Below, piece by piece: positions 24,181 to 39,631 of a stretch of DNA of 64,000 bases. Each line of letters opens with the position of its first letter. The stretch's first letter is position 1. Both the position numbers and the translations under genes were made by a program. The notes beneath the pieces were generated by a model that ran no database searches, was not told the origin of the DNA, and saw only the letters and a list, made by a program, of their open reading frames with translations. Origin of the DNA: Eledone cirrhosa (lineage: Eukaryota); contig OZ024743.1 of the NCBI GenBank assembly GCA_964016885.1, positions 83,266,001 to 83,330,000 on the forward strand. Reading direction: 5' to 3'.

Positions 24181-27100
24181 TGACATGGTTTTACTTTACA
24201 GAAGTCAAATAAATTGTTATAAAGAATTGTTACCACATGTTGGTGTTCAGGTGGTCACAACTCCCAGACTGGAGTGTGTGGAGGAGAACAGAAAATCTTC
24301 TCTTGGTAAGGTTCAAGTGTTTCTTTAGGCTGCCGGTGTTCTTCTTGGGTGCGAAGGAAGTGAAACAGGTGTGTGAGCATCTGTGTGGGCCCGTTTAAGT
24401 CTATCAACCGCAATGGTCTCTCTGGATCCCTTAATGTCTACAGTAATACACGGTAGGGTCCAGAGTACGGTTGTGTGAGAGGTGGTCTCACGGCATCGTT
24501 TCTTACAAACATGTGTCCACGAGGCAATATCCCTCGGGACTGCAGTTTTAATAGTTTGTTTCCTAGTATTCATGGGCGGTAAGTCCTGAAAATAGGAGCG
24601 CAAACGAGATAAGTAGGAAACAAGGTCCAGGAAAGCAAGATCAATAGGGGCAAGCATTTGCCCAGGCAACGCTAGAGCAGCACCATACAGTAATACAGCC
24701 GGGGAGAACCCAAGGTCCTCCTTTATTGATGACCGAATTCCTAACAACACAACTCCTATACGCAGATGATCTAACGCTCATAGCTGAATCAATGGCCAAA
24801 CTAGAGAAGAAATTCCAAACATGGAAGCATGGCCTAGAATCAAAAGGCCTTAAAATTAACCTGTCTAAGACTAAAGTTCTAGTTTGTACGAAGGAAAATA
24901 GGGCGCCGGTCCCATCCAGAAAATAGCCATGCTCAGTGTGTAGGAAAGGAGTAGGTATAAACTCCATTTTATGTCCCAAATGCAAAGTATGGGGGCATAA
25001 AAGATGTAGTGGGATCACAGGTAAGCTAACTAAGAACATAGATTTTATATGTGGCCGGTGCTCTGGTGCAATAAGTAGCAGCAAGTGCCCACAGAATATG
25101 AGCTCATTCCATTGCACAGATGGTTCTATAGAAATAGTGGACAGCTTCCGTTACCTGGGTGACAAAATCAGCAGTGGGGGAGGGTGCTCTGAAAGTACAG
25201 CTAGAGTCAGAACTGGATGGAAAAAGTTCAGAGAGCTTATACCACTATTAGCCGCTAAAGAGTTCTCCCTAAATTGAAAGGCAGGCTGTATAATGCCTGC
25301 ATATGAACAGCAATGTTGCATGGCAGTGAGACCTGGGCATTGTGTGCAGAGGATATACGCAGACTGGAGAGGAACGAAGCTTGCATGCTCCGCTGGATGT
25401 GTAATAGTAATATACGTGAACGGCAAAGCATAAACGAGCTAAGGGAAAAATTAGAAATAAGAGGGATCAGATGTTGTTTACTCGAGAGAAGACTACGTTG
25501 GTATGGTCACGTGATGCGCATGAAAGACGACAGCTGTATAAAAAAGTGCAGGGCAATAAAAATAGACGGTAGCCTGGGACAACTTGATAAATTCCGACCT
25601 CACACACTTACACCTCTCCAAGACAATGTCACTGGACCGAGACCTTTGGCGTTACACAGTAATAGAGAAGACCCGCCTTACCTAAGTACAAAGTGAAACC
25701 TACTACAGTCAGTAGGCACCTCTAACAAAATACACCCCACCCCACTACCCCCACCCCATCCACACCACCCCTTTCAATGTAAAGTTATGTTGGTACCACA
25801 ACATCCAGCCCGAAACAAATGAGGTTGTGTAGGTGTCACGACAAAAAAACACACAGTCCACGCTGTAATGTGGCCGTGTAGGTAACACAGTAAAAACCTC
25901 CCAGTTCCACACTGTAAATGTGGTTGGTGTTAGGAAGGGCATCCAGCCGTAGAAAACCCGCCAGACAGTCCTATGCGAGCAAGACAACCACTCTTGCCTC
26001 AAGTGGGAAAACTCCCGTCCAAACTCATGCAAGCGTGGAATATGGACGTTAAACGATGATGATGATGATGACAATACGAAGGTACTTGCTCCAACGTTGA
26101 GAGTCTGGATAGGCGCGAAGAGCGGCCTTTAATTGGCGGTGGAATCGTTCCACCATTCCGTTTGAAGCAGGGTGATAGGATGTGGTCCGAATCCGTTGAG
26201 CGCCAATGATCTTTGAGAGCTCAGAGAAAAGATGAGATTCAAATTGTCTACCATGGTCTGTGGTGACTGTAGTTGGTACCCCAAAGCGGGTAAGCCACCC
26301 TGATACCAGGGCACGCGCTACAGTCTCGGCAGTTATATCTTGTAAGGGGATGGCTTCAGGCCATCGTGAAAAACAATCAATACAGGTCAAGAGGTACGAA
26401 TATCCACTGCTGAATGGCCAAGGTCCAACGATGTCAATGTGGATGTGTTGAAACCGAGCATCTGGAGTACTGAAAGTATCAAGTGGAGTCCAGATGTGTC
26501 TGTGGACTTTAGATTTTTGACACTGTGTGCAGGAACGGCACCAGACAGTAATTTCTCGCCTCATATTGGGCCAGAAAAATCTAGCCGTTATAAGCTTTAC
26601 TGTGGCAGAAATTCCTGGGTGAGAAATGCTGTGCAAAGCAAGGAACACAATTCGACGGTGAGTCTCAGTATCAAATGGTCGTGGTGAATCCGTAGATACA
26701 TCACATAGAATCTGCTTGTCGGTGGTCGACAAGGGCAGATATTTGAAGATGTAAGTCGCAAATTCGGCAGAAAGAGTATCCAACGATTGGAGTGCAGGTT
26801 GGTCTGCAGCTAAATGACCTAAGTCGATCTCCTGGGATGACGAGATGGAGCTGATTGGCAAACGTGACAATGCGTCTGCAGTTATGTTATGCGAGCCAGC
26901 AATGAGGTGGATATCATTTGTAAATTGCGAAATGTAGTCCAGGTGCCTTGTCTCTCTGAGCGAATATCTGTCAGCTTTAGCCCTCAAAGCGAAGGTCAGA
27001 GGTTTGTGGTCGGTTAAAACAGTAACATCCCTCCCCTCAAGAATATGAGAGAAATGTTTCACCGACAGATATATGGATAATAATTCCCGCCCAAACGTGC

Positions 27101-27540
27101 TGTAACGCGTTTCTGCTGGTTTCAGCTTCCTCGAGAAAAATGCTAAAGGTTGTTGGTTTCCAGCATTGAACTGCTGTAAAACTGCTCCCAGAGCGGTATC
27201 AGATGCATCATCACAAAGCGAAAGCTTGGCCTCTGGTACCGGGTGGGCTAGCAAAAATGAACTAGCGAGTGCTGTCTGGAAGTCTTGAAGCTGTCTTTGT
27301 GTCAAGGAAATATCCTCATTCTTCTTACGACGATTTTTCAAAATGTCAGTAAGGGAAGATAGCAAATTAGCACAATGAGGAATGAAACGCCTATAGAAAT
27401 TGATAAGGCCTAAGAAGTGACACAACTGGTGAAGTGTAGTAGGCGGAGGTAAATCCTGTATGGCTTGAACTCGCTGAGGGAGCAGCCTAATAGCTTCGGC
27501 GTCGATGAGGTGGCCTAAAAAATTGCGAAACATAGTCCAG
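24181..27540 (-). mobile_element. Gypsy/Ty3 LTR-retrotransposon pol remnant (RT C-terminus, RNase H, integrase), split by an RTE insertion
   Basis: [34 protein letters not shown] zinc finger, IHIDIVG/TTDHG/GMVER. Frame resumes as LLGIRSSIKEDLG at 24750. Confidence 0.92.
24751..26070 (+). mobile_element. 5'-truncated RTE LINE nested in the Gypsy integrase
   Basis: LLYADDL..RRLRWYGHVMR; (GAT)n tail; ACAA at both junctions. Confidence 0.9.
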
Positions 27541-27959
27541 GTGCGGATTGGAATTGGAAAAAATGTCTTTAGATAAAAATAACAGGTCCATTCATGTTGA
27601 CATCTCTTGCAAAACTGTTGGTGCTGGCGTTGTGTGTAAGATTTATTTTTTAGAAAAGTGGATGATGGAGCATGTCTACCTGAAATGGAAAATAATATTT
27701 TGTAAAAAGATCTACACTTGAGCACATGCGTAAGCATGTGTGTGTGTATGTGTTATACATCTGTACGAAGCTAAGAAGAAATGTGTGTGTATATGTGAGT
27801 AAAAGTGTGTATGTGCATGTAAGTATGAAGCTATGAGCAAAAGTATGTTAATATAAGGGTGTGTATGTATACAGAGCAGTGAAGGGAAAAGTGGAGTGAG
27901 CATATATAGTCGGCCTGTATTAGTTTGAAGAGAAGTCGTTAATGATCAAGAGAAAGTGA

Positions 27960-28158
27960 TAGGAATCTAGGGGTGTGATAATGGACGGAGTATTAGAGAA
28001 ATTGGGGAGGTGAGTTGAGGGGAATAGGACCCAAGGCGGTGAATCAGACTTTGTTCAGTCCTGGTGCGCGAAGCCTGTGATCCATGATGTAAAAGGACAC
28101 CCAGGACTGAAACATGTAGGGAAGAATGACCAGGAGAACAGAAATGACGGGCGACAGT
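27960..28158 (-). mobile_element. PLE GIY-YIG C-terminal fragment
   Basis: VARHFCSPGHS..VLG..RTRTEQSLIHRLGSYSP resembles PLE endonuclease ends. Confidence 0.6.
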
Positions 28159-28863
28159 GTATATATACTGTACATAGTGTATATACATAGTATATATGTT
28201 GTGATGTCACTGGTGCCAAGTTGTATCAGCCATTGCCTTTCCCATCATCATATATGCACAGTGTATATGTAATATATATAGTGTATAAGTAATGTATATA
28301 TAATATATATAGTGTATATAAATAGTATATATAAAATAGGCGCCACGGAAAATAGCACCCAGCACTCACTGTAAATGAGGTTAGTGTTAGGAAGGGCATC
28401 CAGCTGTAGAAATCAAGCCAGAATCAGTTCCCATATGAGCAATATATGGTCATCCGACCTGGCACTGCCAACAACAGGAGAACCCGTCTAACCCATGCTA
28501 GCATAGAAGGATGGACGTAAAACGGTGATGATGATGAGTTGTGTTATTACTGGTTTCAAGTTGTATCATCCATTACCTTTCTCTTGGACAACATCATATA
28601 TACTGTACATAGTATATATATAATATATATAGGGTATATATACTGTGTATAGTGTATATATACTGTACATAGAGTATAGTTTTTAACTGGTTGAAATCCT
28701 TCATTCTCAGTTGAAGAGAGGTAGTCACGGTTCTCGGACAGCATTCTTCACTGTATGAGATGTCATCTGGTGTACCACAGAGATCTGTTCTTGGACCCCT
28801 TTTGTTTGTTGCATATGTAGTGGATAAATGTATTCTTTTGTGGATGAATGATAAAAAAGAATA

Positions 28864-28985
28864 ATTGTTTCTACTTTTTGGCACAAGGCCAGCAATTACC
28901 CAGTGCATTACTGGTACTTTATTTTATCGACCCCGTAAGGATGAAAGGCAAAGTTAACCTCGGCGGGATTTGAACTCAGATCATA
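28864..28985 (-). mobile_element. SINE family 1, partial
   Basis: Core match. Confidence 0.8.
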
Positions 28986-29683
28986 AAAAAGAATAATGCC
29001 AGAATTGTGATGTTGACAATGCTTATTTTACAATAACAATATTTACTTGTTGCTACATTGAATATCGAGTAATAAAAATTGTGACAGGAATTATCACTAC
29101 ATCAATTTGCTGACTAGCTACTTCGAGCTAACGTGTATGTATGTATGTATCAATACAACAATACAATAGAAGTGATTCAACAAGAAGATAAAAGAATAGA
29201 TAAAACACAGAAGTAAACAGTATAATGAAACCTACTGAGTGTGTGTGTATCCTTAGTATTTGTTATTTTGTTATTCCTCTCAAGGACTGGTGCTTCGTTC
29301 TCTCTTGTCTGAGAGATAGAGTAAAAGGTCCGTAGATGTCAGTAGAAGTCTGCAGACCCCAAGAGGTCTGTAGAACGTGAATGTTTCACATCGTTATTCT
29401 CTCAAGGGCTGCTGCTTCATGGTCTGGCTGCTGGATTCCTTTTGTACTTGTATTTATAATAACCCTATAGCTAGAAGGATATGTATACAGGATTGATTTG
29501 AGTAGCCATGTGTGTTTCATCTATCATGAAGCTGGGGTCACAGGTCAAGTGGTATGTACTTTTATCATTGTTGTCTCTTGACAGGACAATGGTGGGAAAC
29601 TCCCTACGATAGGTGGTCCCAGATGCGAGAACTCTTAGATTCGGTTTCGAATCTTTGCCGGATAATTTATAGGAGAATTCCAT

Positions 29684-30500
29684 TACACATATATTAATGA
29701 CATAGATGCCAACTTAAAGAATGTCACAGTACTAAAATATGCAGATGACATCAAGCTGTCCCTTGAGATAAAAAGTACAGATCCTGAACACTTTAGATCT
29801 TTCCAGCAATCAGATCTTGATACAATGCAGCAATAGATCACAGACTGGCAACTGAAGATGGCTGTGTACAAATTTACCACCATGCATTTATCTATCTATT
29901 TAAAGCTGTATATAGCTATGGTGTGACCACACTTAGAATTTGCATCACCAGTCTGAAACCGCTATCTTGCTCAGAACATTGACCTCCTGGAAATTGTTCA
30001 GGGACGAGCAACCAAGTGAATACCCTCCATCTACCATACTCTGAACACCTTGCTTCCCTGGGCATGGATACATTGAAGCTCCGACGTCTTAAAACTGACT
30101 TGGTAAACACCCACAAAATTATTAACCATCTTTCCAACAACAATCCTGAGCACCTTTTTGAGTTCCATGTGTCTAACACACGTGGACATGCCTACAAAGT
30201 CAGAAAACAGCACAGCTCCTATGACTTTCAGAAACATTTGTTCATGCCCAGAGTTGCTGAAGCATGGAACAAACTACCTGCATCAGTTGTTAACTGTTGG
30301 GACACTGCATCCTTTGAAACTTCCATACTTCCTGAAATTCACCAACACTACACCTGGTATCCCCCCTCCACACACACACATGTATATCATGACTCATACA
30401 CTGTTTACTTTCCTGACATTTATACATTATTCTATGTACTATACATGCACCTTTGATGAGTTGTAGTGCACCTGAGCACTGTACACAATAATTTCATTCA
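29684..30500 (+). mobile_element. CR1-type LINE 3' fragment (a further RT piece lies at 28670-28815)
   Basis: KYADDIKL, LKLRRLKTDL, NTRGHAYK, RVAEAWNKLP; TTCA tail. Confidence 0.85.
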
Positions 30501-30595
30501 TTAACCAGGAATAAAATTATTCTTGAGATATTATTCACTTTGAACCTGTACTTTCTCTATTTCTTGTTCGGGCCTGGTCTATCTATCTATATATA

Positions 30596-31480
30596 TCATC
30601 ATCAGCATCGTTTAACTTCTATCTTCCACGCTAGCATGGGTTAGATGGGAATTGTCCCACTTGAGGCAAGATTGGTCGGATGACCGTGTCTCGCTTGTAT
30701 AGGAGTATTTTTGACAGCTGGATGCCCTTCCTAACACCAACCACATTTACGGTTGGACTGGGAACTTTTTACCGTGTCACATTTCGGATATTTTATAGAA
30801 TTTATGCCAGTTCCTTTTCTGCATATCGAACATGGCCATTTCCCTGATAGATTCAGAGTATTGTCCTCTCTTCTACTTATCAACACTTTTGTCTTAGCTA
30901 GGTTCACTCTCAGTCCTCTTGATTCCAACTGCTGTTTCCATAGCCAGAATTTATTCTCTAGCTCCTCTACTGATTCTGCTATAAGAACCAGATCATCAGC
31001 ATAGAGAAGTTCCCATGGACAGCCAGTCTTAAACTCCTCTGTTATGGCTTGGAGGACTATAATGAACAAGAGTGGGCTGAGGACCAAACCCTGATGAACA
31101 CCTACTTGTATCTGGAATTCCTCACTAAACTCCATACCTACTCTCACTTTACTGACAACACCCCTGTACAAATCTTGCACTGTCCTCACAAGCCATTCCT
31201 ACACCTAGTTTCCTTAGGGACCACCAGATGCCAGATCAGGGTACCCTATCAAAGGCCTTCTCTAGGTCAACAAAAGTTAAGTATAGTGGCTTATTCTTCT
31301 CTAAGAACCTCTTTTGTAATTGTCTCACCAAGAAGAGGCCATCTGTTGTACTTTTCCCAGGCATAAAACCAAACTGCATCTCATCTAGTTTGACCCTTTC
31401 TCTAATTAGTTGCGCTAATATTCTCTCTGCCACTTTCATAACCTGATCCATCAGCTTTATGCCCCTATAAATGCTCCTCT
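30596..31480 (-). mobile_element. RTE LINE RT fragment
   Basis: QFGFMPGKSTTD, FVDLEKAFDRVP, GVHQG, ELLYADDL. Confidence 0.88.
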
Positions 31481-31711
31481 CCAGGGTTCTTATATATTTT
31501 ATATATATTTATCCTTATCGAGCCCTCTTTGGATTTAAGTCTTCAAATTTATTATTCTTACTATATATATATATACACACGCTCATCCACACACTCACAC
31601 ATATATATAAATATATGTGTGTATAGTACAATTTCCTTCTTATATATGTATTAATATATATGTATATATATATATGTGTGTGTGTGTATATATATGTATT
31701 AATATATAAAT

Positions 31712-31855
31712 GGAGGCACATGGCTTAGTGGTTAGAGCATTGGCCTTGCAATCGAAAGGTTGTGAGTTCATATCTCAGACCGGGTGATGTGTTGTTTCCT
31801 TGAGCAAGATACTTTATTTCACATTGCTCCAGTTTACTCAGCTGTAGAAATGAGA
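31712..31855 (+). mobile_element. tRNA-derived SINE, family 2
   Basis: GGAGGCACATGGCTTAGTGGTTAGAGCA..GAGTTC. Confidence 0.8.
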
Positions 31856-32189
31856 TGATAGGACTGGGGTCCCTATCATTCCACTGCAAAGTGGTCGTAG
31901 AGGTGCCACGGCATAAAGCACCCAGCCCACACTGTAAATGAGGTTGGTGTTAGGAAGAGCATCCAGCTGTAGAAATCAAGCCAGAATCAGTTCTCGTCCC
32001 ACCCTTGCAAGCAGGGAAAAGCGAACGTATGATGATGATGTATGTATATATATATATATATATATATATGCACCTCCATAGATGTGTGTATAACTCAGTA
32101 GATGTGTATGTAACTCAGTAGATGTGTGTATGACTAGTAGATGTGTGTGTAACTCAGTAGATGTGTATAACTCAGATGTGTATGTAATG

Positions 32190-32371
32190 CAAATAATCGT
32201 CCCCCACCCTTGCTTTGGTCTCAAATAATCATCCCCCACCCTTGCTTTGGTCTCAAATAATCATCCCCCAACCTTGCTTTGGTCTCAAATAATCATCCCC
32301 CAACCTTGCTTTGGTCTCAAATAATCGTACCCTACCCTCGCTTTCATCTCAAATAATTTTCCCCCACCCTC
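32190..32371. repeat. 32-bp minisatellite, ~5.5 units
   Basis: CAAATAATCATCCCCCACCCTTGCTTTGGTCT at 32190, 32222, 32254 and onward. Confidence 0.9.
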
Positions 32372-32694
32372 ACTTATTTATTTTTCAGATTTTTTACACC
32401 GCCACCCTGCTCTTGATTCACCCCACCCTCTGTTTATTCAATTTTTCTTATCTCTTGTGAAATATTATTCTATGTGGTCGCATTCCTGCGATAATATTCT
32501 TTAGACATTAAAAAACATTATACATGACATAAAAAATAAATTACTAGAAATCCCATATGTTATAAAATAAATAAGATGGGTTGGGGTCTTATTATGTAAA
32601 CTAAATGACTAATTCTGGTTTTCAATCTGCCGTGAAGTTTTACCGATTTACCACACACCCAACGCTTCTTTCTGTGTTGATGTATTTAATTTAA

Positions 32695-33100
32695 CAAAAA
32701 GTGCCTAGCCCACTATGTAAAGTGGTCATGTAGGTGTCATGACAAAAAGCACCTAGCCCTCACTGTAAATTGATCTTGTAGGTGTCACAACAAAAAACAA
32801 CCCAGTCCACACTGTAAAGTGGTCGTGTAGGTGTCATGACAAAAGCATCCAGCCTCACTGTAAAGTGGTTGTGTACGTGTCACTACAATAAGCGCTCAGT
32901 CCACTATATAAAGTGGTCATGTAGGTGCCATGTCAAAAAACACCCAGCCCTCATCATGTAGGTGTCAGAACAAAAAGCACCCAATCCACATTGTAAAGTG
33001 GTCATGTAGGTGTCATGGTAGAAACACTCAGCCCACATTGTAAAGTGGTCGTGTAGGAGTCACAGCAAAAAGCACCCAGCATACTGTAAATATGGTTGGC
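32695..33100 (+). repeat. ~48-bp tandem array within an RTE 3'-UTR-type element
   Basis: AAAAAGCACCCAGCCCACACTGTAAAGTGGTCGTGTAGGTGTCATGAC x ~8-9. Confidence 0.8.
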
Positions 33101-34646
33101 TTTAGGAAGGGCATCCCTCCGTGTAAACAAAGTCAAACAGTTCTGTATGAGCAAAAGATGGTCACCTAACCCAACTTGCTTCAAATGGGACAACCCATCA
33201 AACCCATGCTACCGTGGAAAATGACCGTTAAATGATAACGATATATGTATGTATATGTATATGAATTTTTTTTTTCTTTTACACCTGGGAGTGAAAGGCC
33301 CCCAGTTGTGGTCACAACACCTTTCAAGTAGAGGGAATCTCTGAAAGAAAACCTGCGGCCTCAGAAGCATCAGATGATGTTGACCAGTTTTCCTTTTCGG
33401 GTACTGTTTTTGATGTTCAGAGAGTGGGATTGGTTGAGTGCAAGGTCATTCCTCACTTAAAAAACCTTCAAAACACAGGCATTGCTTGTTCAGGATATGT
33501 TACAGGTTCGTGTGGCTGGCCTTAGCCTAAAGTTGCACCATTTCCTGTAATCTGACAAGTGATTGCAATAGCAGATTTGCAGCCATCACACACACACATA
33601 TATATATATATGTATGTATACACATATGTATATATTTGTATATATATGTATATATCCTCATCTTCATTGTAGACACTCATAATAGAAACTGGTACAGGGT
33701 AGAGAGCTCTTAAGTCCAGTAAAATAACCTCTCTAGTGCCATGAACAATACATCCAGTCCTTGCTGTAAAGGGGTTGATGAGAGGAAGGACATCCAACCA
33801 GAAAAGAAGAAAAAACGCCAAAATTATGGAAAGCCCTGCAAATAAAATTCCCACTAATTGTGTCTACAGGACTAACACAAGTCCTGTTGGTGGGGTGCCT
33901 AGGGTAGCCATGTGTGAGTATCCTTTGACTGTTATCAAGCAATCGCTCAGCATTTTTCCCTTCCAGGTAGAAAGAACTGTTACTCAAGGAACTGTCAAGT
34001 TACACATCTCAGGTCTCAGACAATTACCATGTTAGAATGTCATATAAGAATGAAGTTCCTGGGTAAAGACTATAGGGCAGACCTCCCAAGAGTTAGAAGG
34101 ATAACATTTACAGAGCTTGCTGGAATACCACTACTTACATTGGAGAGAATAACTCTGGACAGGAAAGTTGATATCTACAGATTATCAATATAGAAATATA
34201 AATTTCCAATGTTAAATCTATCTCTGTTTCTAAAGTATTCTCTATTATCTCATACTGTTTCTTTCTTATTTCAGAATATCGGATGACATTGGAATATATT
34301 TACTTTTTAATCTTGAATACATCCCCTCTATTATCATCATTTCAAGACTAAAGATTTTCATACAGAACTCATATAACACTGTTTATATAAATCTATAGCA
34401 GAATTACTGTGAAATATTTCCTCAGAACTGTTTCTTGGAAAAATATCATTTCGTCACCATCTGAAATATTTACAAGATGATTTTGAATCTTAACTAAACT
34501 TGGATCAGAAAGAAGTTTGCATCATCTTCAGATCTTGACTGAGGTCACAGTTGGGGGAAATATAGTAGAAGAAATATCTTCAGGAATATAATATATAAAA
34601 TAAGACAAGAATAACATCTGTAAATTTTGGCAAGGGAAGAAGAAAC

Positions 34647-36113
34647 ATGGAAAATAAATTGAGTGAGAAGAAGATTAAATGCGAAACATTGTCTAAAGAT
34701 ATGGCTATTCCAGAAGAGATACCAAAGTCTAGAGGAGAGAAGCCATTTCACTGTGATGTCTGTGGTAAATCATTTGTTGTAAGTAGTCACTTAACTAAAC
34801 ACTTACGTACCCATACAGGAGACAAGCCATATGTCTGTGATATCTGTGGTAAATCATTCTCTCAAATTAGTACCTTAACTACTCACAAACGTATACATAC
34901 AGGTGAGAAGCTATACCACTGTGATATCTGTGGTAAATCATTCTCTCAAAGTAGTAACTTAACTTCTCACATACGTACCCATACAGGAGACAAGCCATAT
35001 CACTGTGATATCTGTGGTAAATCATTCTCTCGAAGTAGTAACTTAACTTCTCATATACGTACCCATACAGGAGACAAGCCATATGTCTGTGATATCTGTG
35101 GTAAATCATTCTCTCAAATTAGTACCTTAACTACTCACAAACCTATACATACAGGAGACAAGCCAAATCACTGTGACATCTGTGGTAAATCATTCTCTGT
35201 AAGTAGTCACTTAACTATTCACAAACGTACCCATACAGGAGACAAGCCATATCACTGTGATATCTGTGGTAAATCATTCTCTGTAAGTAGTAGCTTAACT
35301 AGTCACAAACGAATACATACAGGAGACAAGCCATATCACTGTGATATCTGTGGTAAATCATTCTCACAAATTAGTACCTTAACTACTCACAAACGTATAC
35401 ATACAGGAGACAAGCCAAATCACTGTGACATCTGTGGTAAATCATTCTCTGTAAGTAGTCACTTAACTAGTCACAAACGTACCCATACAGGAGACAAGCC
35501 ATATCACTGTGATATCTGTGGTAAATCATTCTCTGATAGTAGTACCTTAACTAAACACAAACATATACATACAGGAGACAAGCCTTACCACTGTGACATC
35601 TGTGGTAAATCATTCTCTGATAGTAGTACCTTAACTAGACACAAACATATACATACAGGAGACAAGCCATACCACTGTGACATCTGTGGTAAATCATTCT
35701 CTGCTAGTGATACCTTAACTAGACACAAACATATACACACAGGAGACAAGCCTTACCATTGTGACATCTGTGGTAAATCGTTCTCTGTAAGTAGTCCCTT
35801 AATTTCTCATAAACGTATACATACAGGTGAGAAACCATACCACTGTGATATCTGTGGTAAATCGTTCTCTGTAAGTAGTGCCTTAATTTCTCACAAACGT
35901 ATACATACAGGTGAGAAACCATACCACTGTGATATCTGTGGTAAATCATTCCCTCGAAGTAGTACCTTATCTAGACACAAACGTATACATACAGGAGAGA
36001 GGACATATCACTGTGATATCTGTGGGAAATCATTCTCTGTAAGTAGTCACTTAACTAAACACTTACATACCCACACAGGTGAGAAGCCATGCCACTGTGA
36101 TATCTGTGGTTAA
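34647..36113 (+). CDS. C2H2 (Kruppel-type) zinc-finger protein, 16 complete fingers, 488 aa
   Basis: 84-bp period, [10 protein letters not shown]...HTGDKPY. Likely splice acceptor TTTCTTATTTCAG at 34274 opens the exon. Confidence 0.92.
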   Translation: MENKLSEKKIKCETLSKDMAIPEEIPKSRGEKPFHCDVCGKSFVVSSHLTKHLRTHTGDKPYVCDICGKSFSQISTLTTHKRIHTGEKLYHCDICGKSFSQSSNLTSHIRTHTGDKPYHCDICGKSFSRSSNLTSHIRTHTGDKPYVCDICGKSFSQISTLTTHKPIHTGDKPNHCDICGKSFSVSSHLTIHKRTHTGDKPYHCDICGKSFSVSSSLTSHKRIHTGDKPYHCDICGKSFSQISTLTTHKRIHTGDKPNHCDICGKSFSVSSHLTSHKRTHTGDKPYHCDICGKSFSDSSTLTKHKHIHTGDKPYHCDICGKSFSDSSTLTRHKHIHTGDKPYHCDICGKSFSASDTLTRHKHIHTGDKPYHCDICGKSFSVSSPLISHKRIHTGEKPYHCDICGKSFSVSSALISHKRIHTGEKPYHCDICGKSFPRSSTLSRHKRIHTGERTYHCDICGKSFSVSSHLTKHLHTHTGEKPCHCDICG

Positions 36114-37525
<1,412 letters not shown>

Positions 37526-37815
37526 TCATCCAAAACAGTGCTAGCAATGTTGTTAATATTTTGAATAAAACTTGTTTATTCTGAAATTATTCTCCTTTAA
37601 TTTTATTTGTAGAAGTTGTAACCAAGACTTGTGCTGACAAAACTTTATGCTACAGAATTTACAAACACTATATATATATAGTAATAATAATAAATGGGAA
37701 GAATAAAATCCGAAGAGGGCTCGATAAGGATAAATATATATCAAATACATAAAAACCATAGAAGAAAGATTTATAAAAAAAAAACAGATTAAAGTTTAAG
37801 CAAAGAATATATATA

Positions 37816-38261
37816 CTAGACCTTTAAAATGTGCAAGCTCAAAAGAGCCACAGAATGTTATGATAAACCTTCAAAAGTGTGGGACTAGAGTTGTTGCTCA
37901 AAAATATTGTAATCATTATCTATCATACACTCTGTGGCATCCTTTTATAAAAAAGAGACTCATAACGAACTCAAGACGACACGATCATTATTTAAGCTAA
38001 TGTTCAATATCTCATATTAGATGTTTAGTAATGATTAATACAAAATGCACTTCAACCGAATTCTATATTATAAATTCACTTAAATAATTATCATATCGTC
38101 TTGAATTCGTTATGAGTCTCTTTTTTATAAAAGGATGCCACAGAGTGTACGATAGATAATGATTACAATATTTTTGAGCAACAACTCTAGTCTCACACTT
38201 TTGAAGGTTTATTATAACATTCTGTGGCTCTTTTGAGCTTTCGCATTTTTCAGGTCTAGTT
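37816..38261. repeat. Inverted repeat, ~165-bp arms with ~115-bp spacer
   Basis: CTAGACC..CTCAAGACGA (37816-37980) vs TCGTCTTGAA..GGTCTAGT (38096-38261). Confidence 0.9.
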
Positions 38262-39455
38262 TAATATTTTTTTAAGGCAACGCTTGTAATAGCTCTAGTT
38301 AAACATGATATATGTTAATAATAAATTATAGTTGTAATGTAATTAGATTATATAATTGTTATTCTATAAATGATCTTATAAATATTATTGTAAGATGTAT
38401 TAAAATATTTTCAGACTTTTAATATAAACAACTACAAAAAACAATCAATATTAAATAAATATATTTTACATAATAATTGTTATAGTTGAATTAATAAAAA
38501 TTAAATATTACATACAAATAGTCTTAACATAATAATAAAAAAATAATCTAACATAATAATAATAAAATAATCTAACATAAAACGAACAATAATATGGACA
38601 TATATACAAGTAAATATAATACAACCAATATTATAAGCATGTTATAACGAACTGAAAAAAAATAGTTAATATAAATTTAAAAAAATCATATATAAATTAA
38701 CAATACAACTTACCAAAACGAGAAAAATATTTTGATGATAAATGACGAAATACAGGAAGATTCGAAAGTGAAACGATAAATAAGCGTGCAAACAAAGTAG
38801 CGGATGCTTTTGAGCAACAATTACTCTCATTGGTTGATTAGCCAATAAAACGATGAAATTAGCCAGTAAGACGATATATTACAAAACATGTTTGGAAGGG
38901 ATCACCACAGCCAGCGAAACCCCTTGAATTTTTTATTCACAAGCTATGCATATATGTCAGACATGCAAACTTAAAACATTCTGTTGTTAGTAACTGCGTG
39001 TCTAACAGATATATTTATGAGTGTATATGTATGTGTGTAGAAATTTCTGTCCATAAATATGATTGTATCTTTATTTGTGTATATGTATATCTATATGTGA
39101 GTATGTATATGTACGTGTGTCTGTATATTTATATGTGTTCTTATATACATGTGTGCACATCTGGATATATTTTCAGTGTCTGTTCTAGATCTCTCAGTAC
39201 AAATCCCACTGAGGTGAAGCTGCTTATATATTTTGAGGTCCATAAATGAAATACCAGTGAAATACTGGGGTTGATTCTTCCTGTTTGTCATTGTCTGTCT
39301 GTCTACTCTTCTCCCTCTCTCTCTCTCTATATATATATATATGAGCGCGACACTTGCCTCTAAATTGGACAAACCCGTCTAACCCATGCTAGCGTGGAAG
39401 ATAGACATTAATCGATGATGATGATATCTAGGGATTGTAACATTATTACCACAAC

Positions 39456-39536
39456 AGCAGTCTGATGAGCTATTGATTTTAGAGTCAGGCTAGATCGAAC
39501 CTTGAGCTGATCGATAGCAAAACGTGCTTCACTGCT
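39456..39536 (+). ncRNA. Degenerate hammerhead ribozyme
   Basis: AGCAGT-CTGATGA-GCTATTGAT..ATCGATAGC-AAAAC-GTGCTTC-ACTGCT. Stems I and II are good; G12 and stem III are mutated. Confidence 0.65.
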
Positions 39537-39631
39537 CAATAAACGTAATGAAGACATGACAAACCTTCCTTTATATATATGTATATATACACACATATAT
39601 ATTTCTATTGGTTCTTTAAGATAGCGACGTA

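Noticed and set aside
29336-29392. Three-way-junction-like fold (GATGT/ACATC, CTGCAGACC/GGTCTGTAG) between short direct repeats
   Set aside because: No recognisable ribozyme core on either strand, and a single copy gives no covariation.
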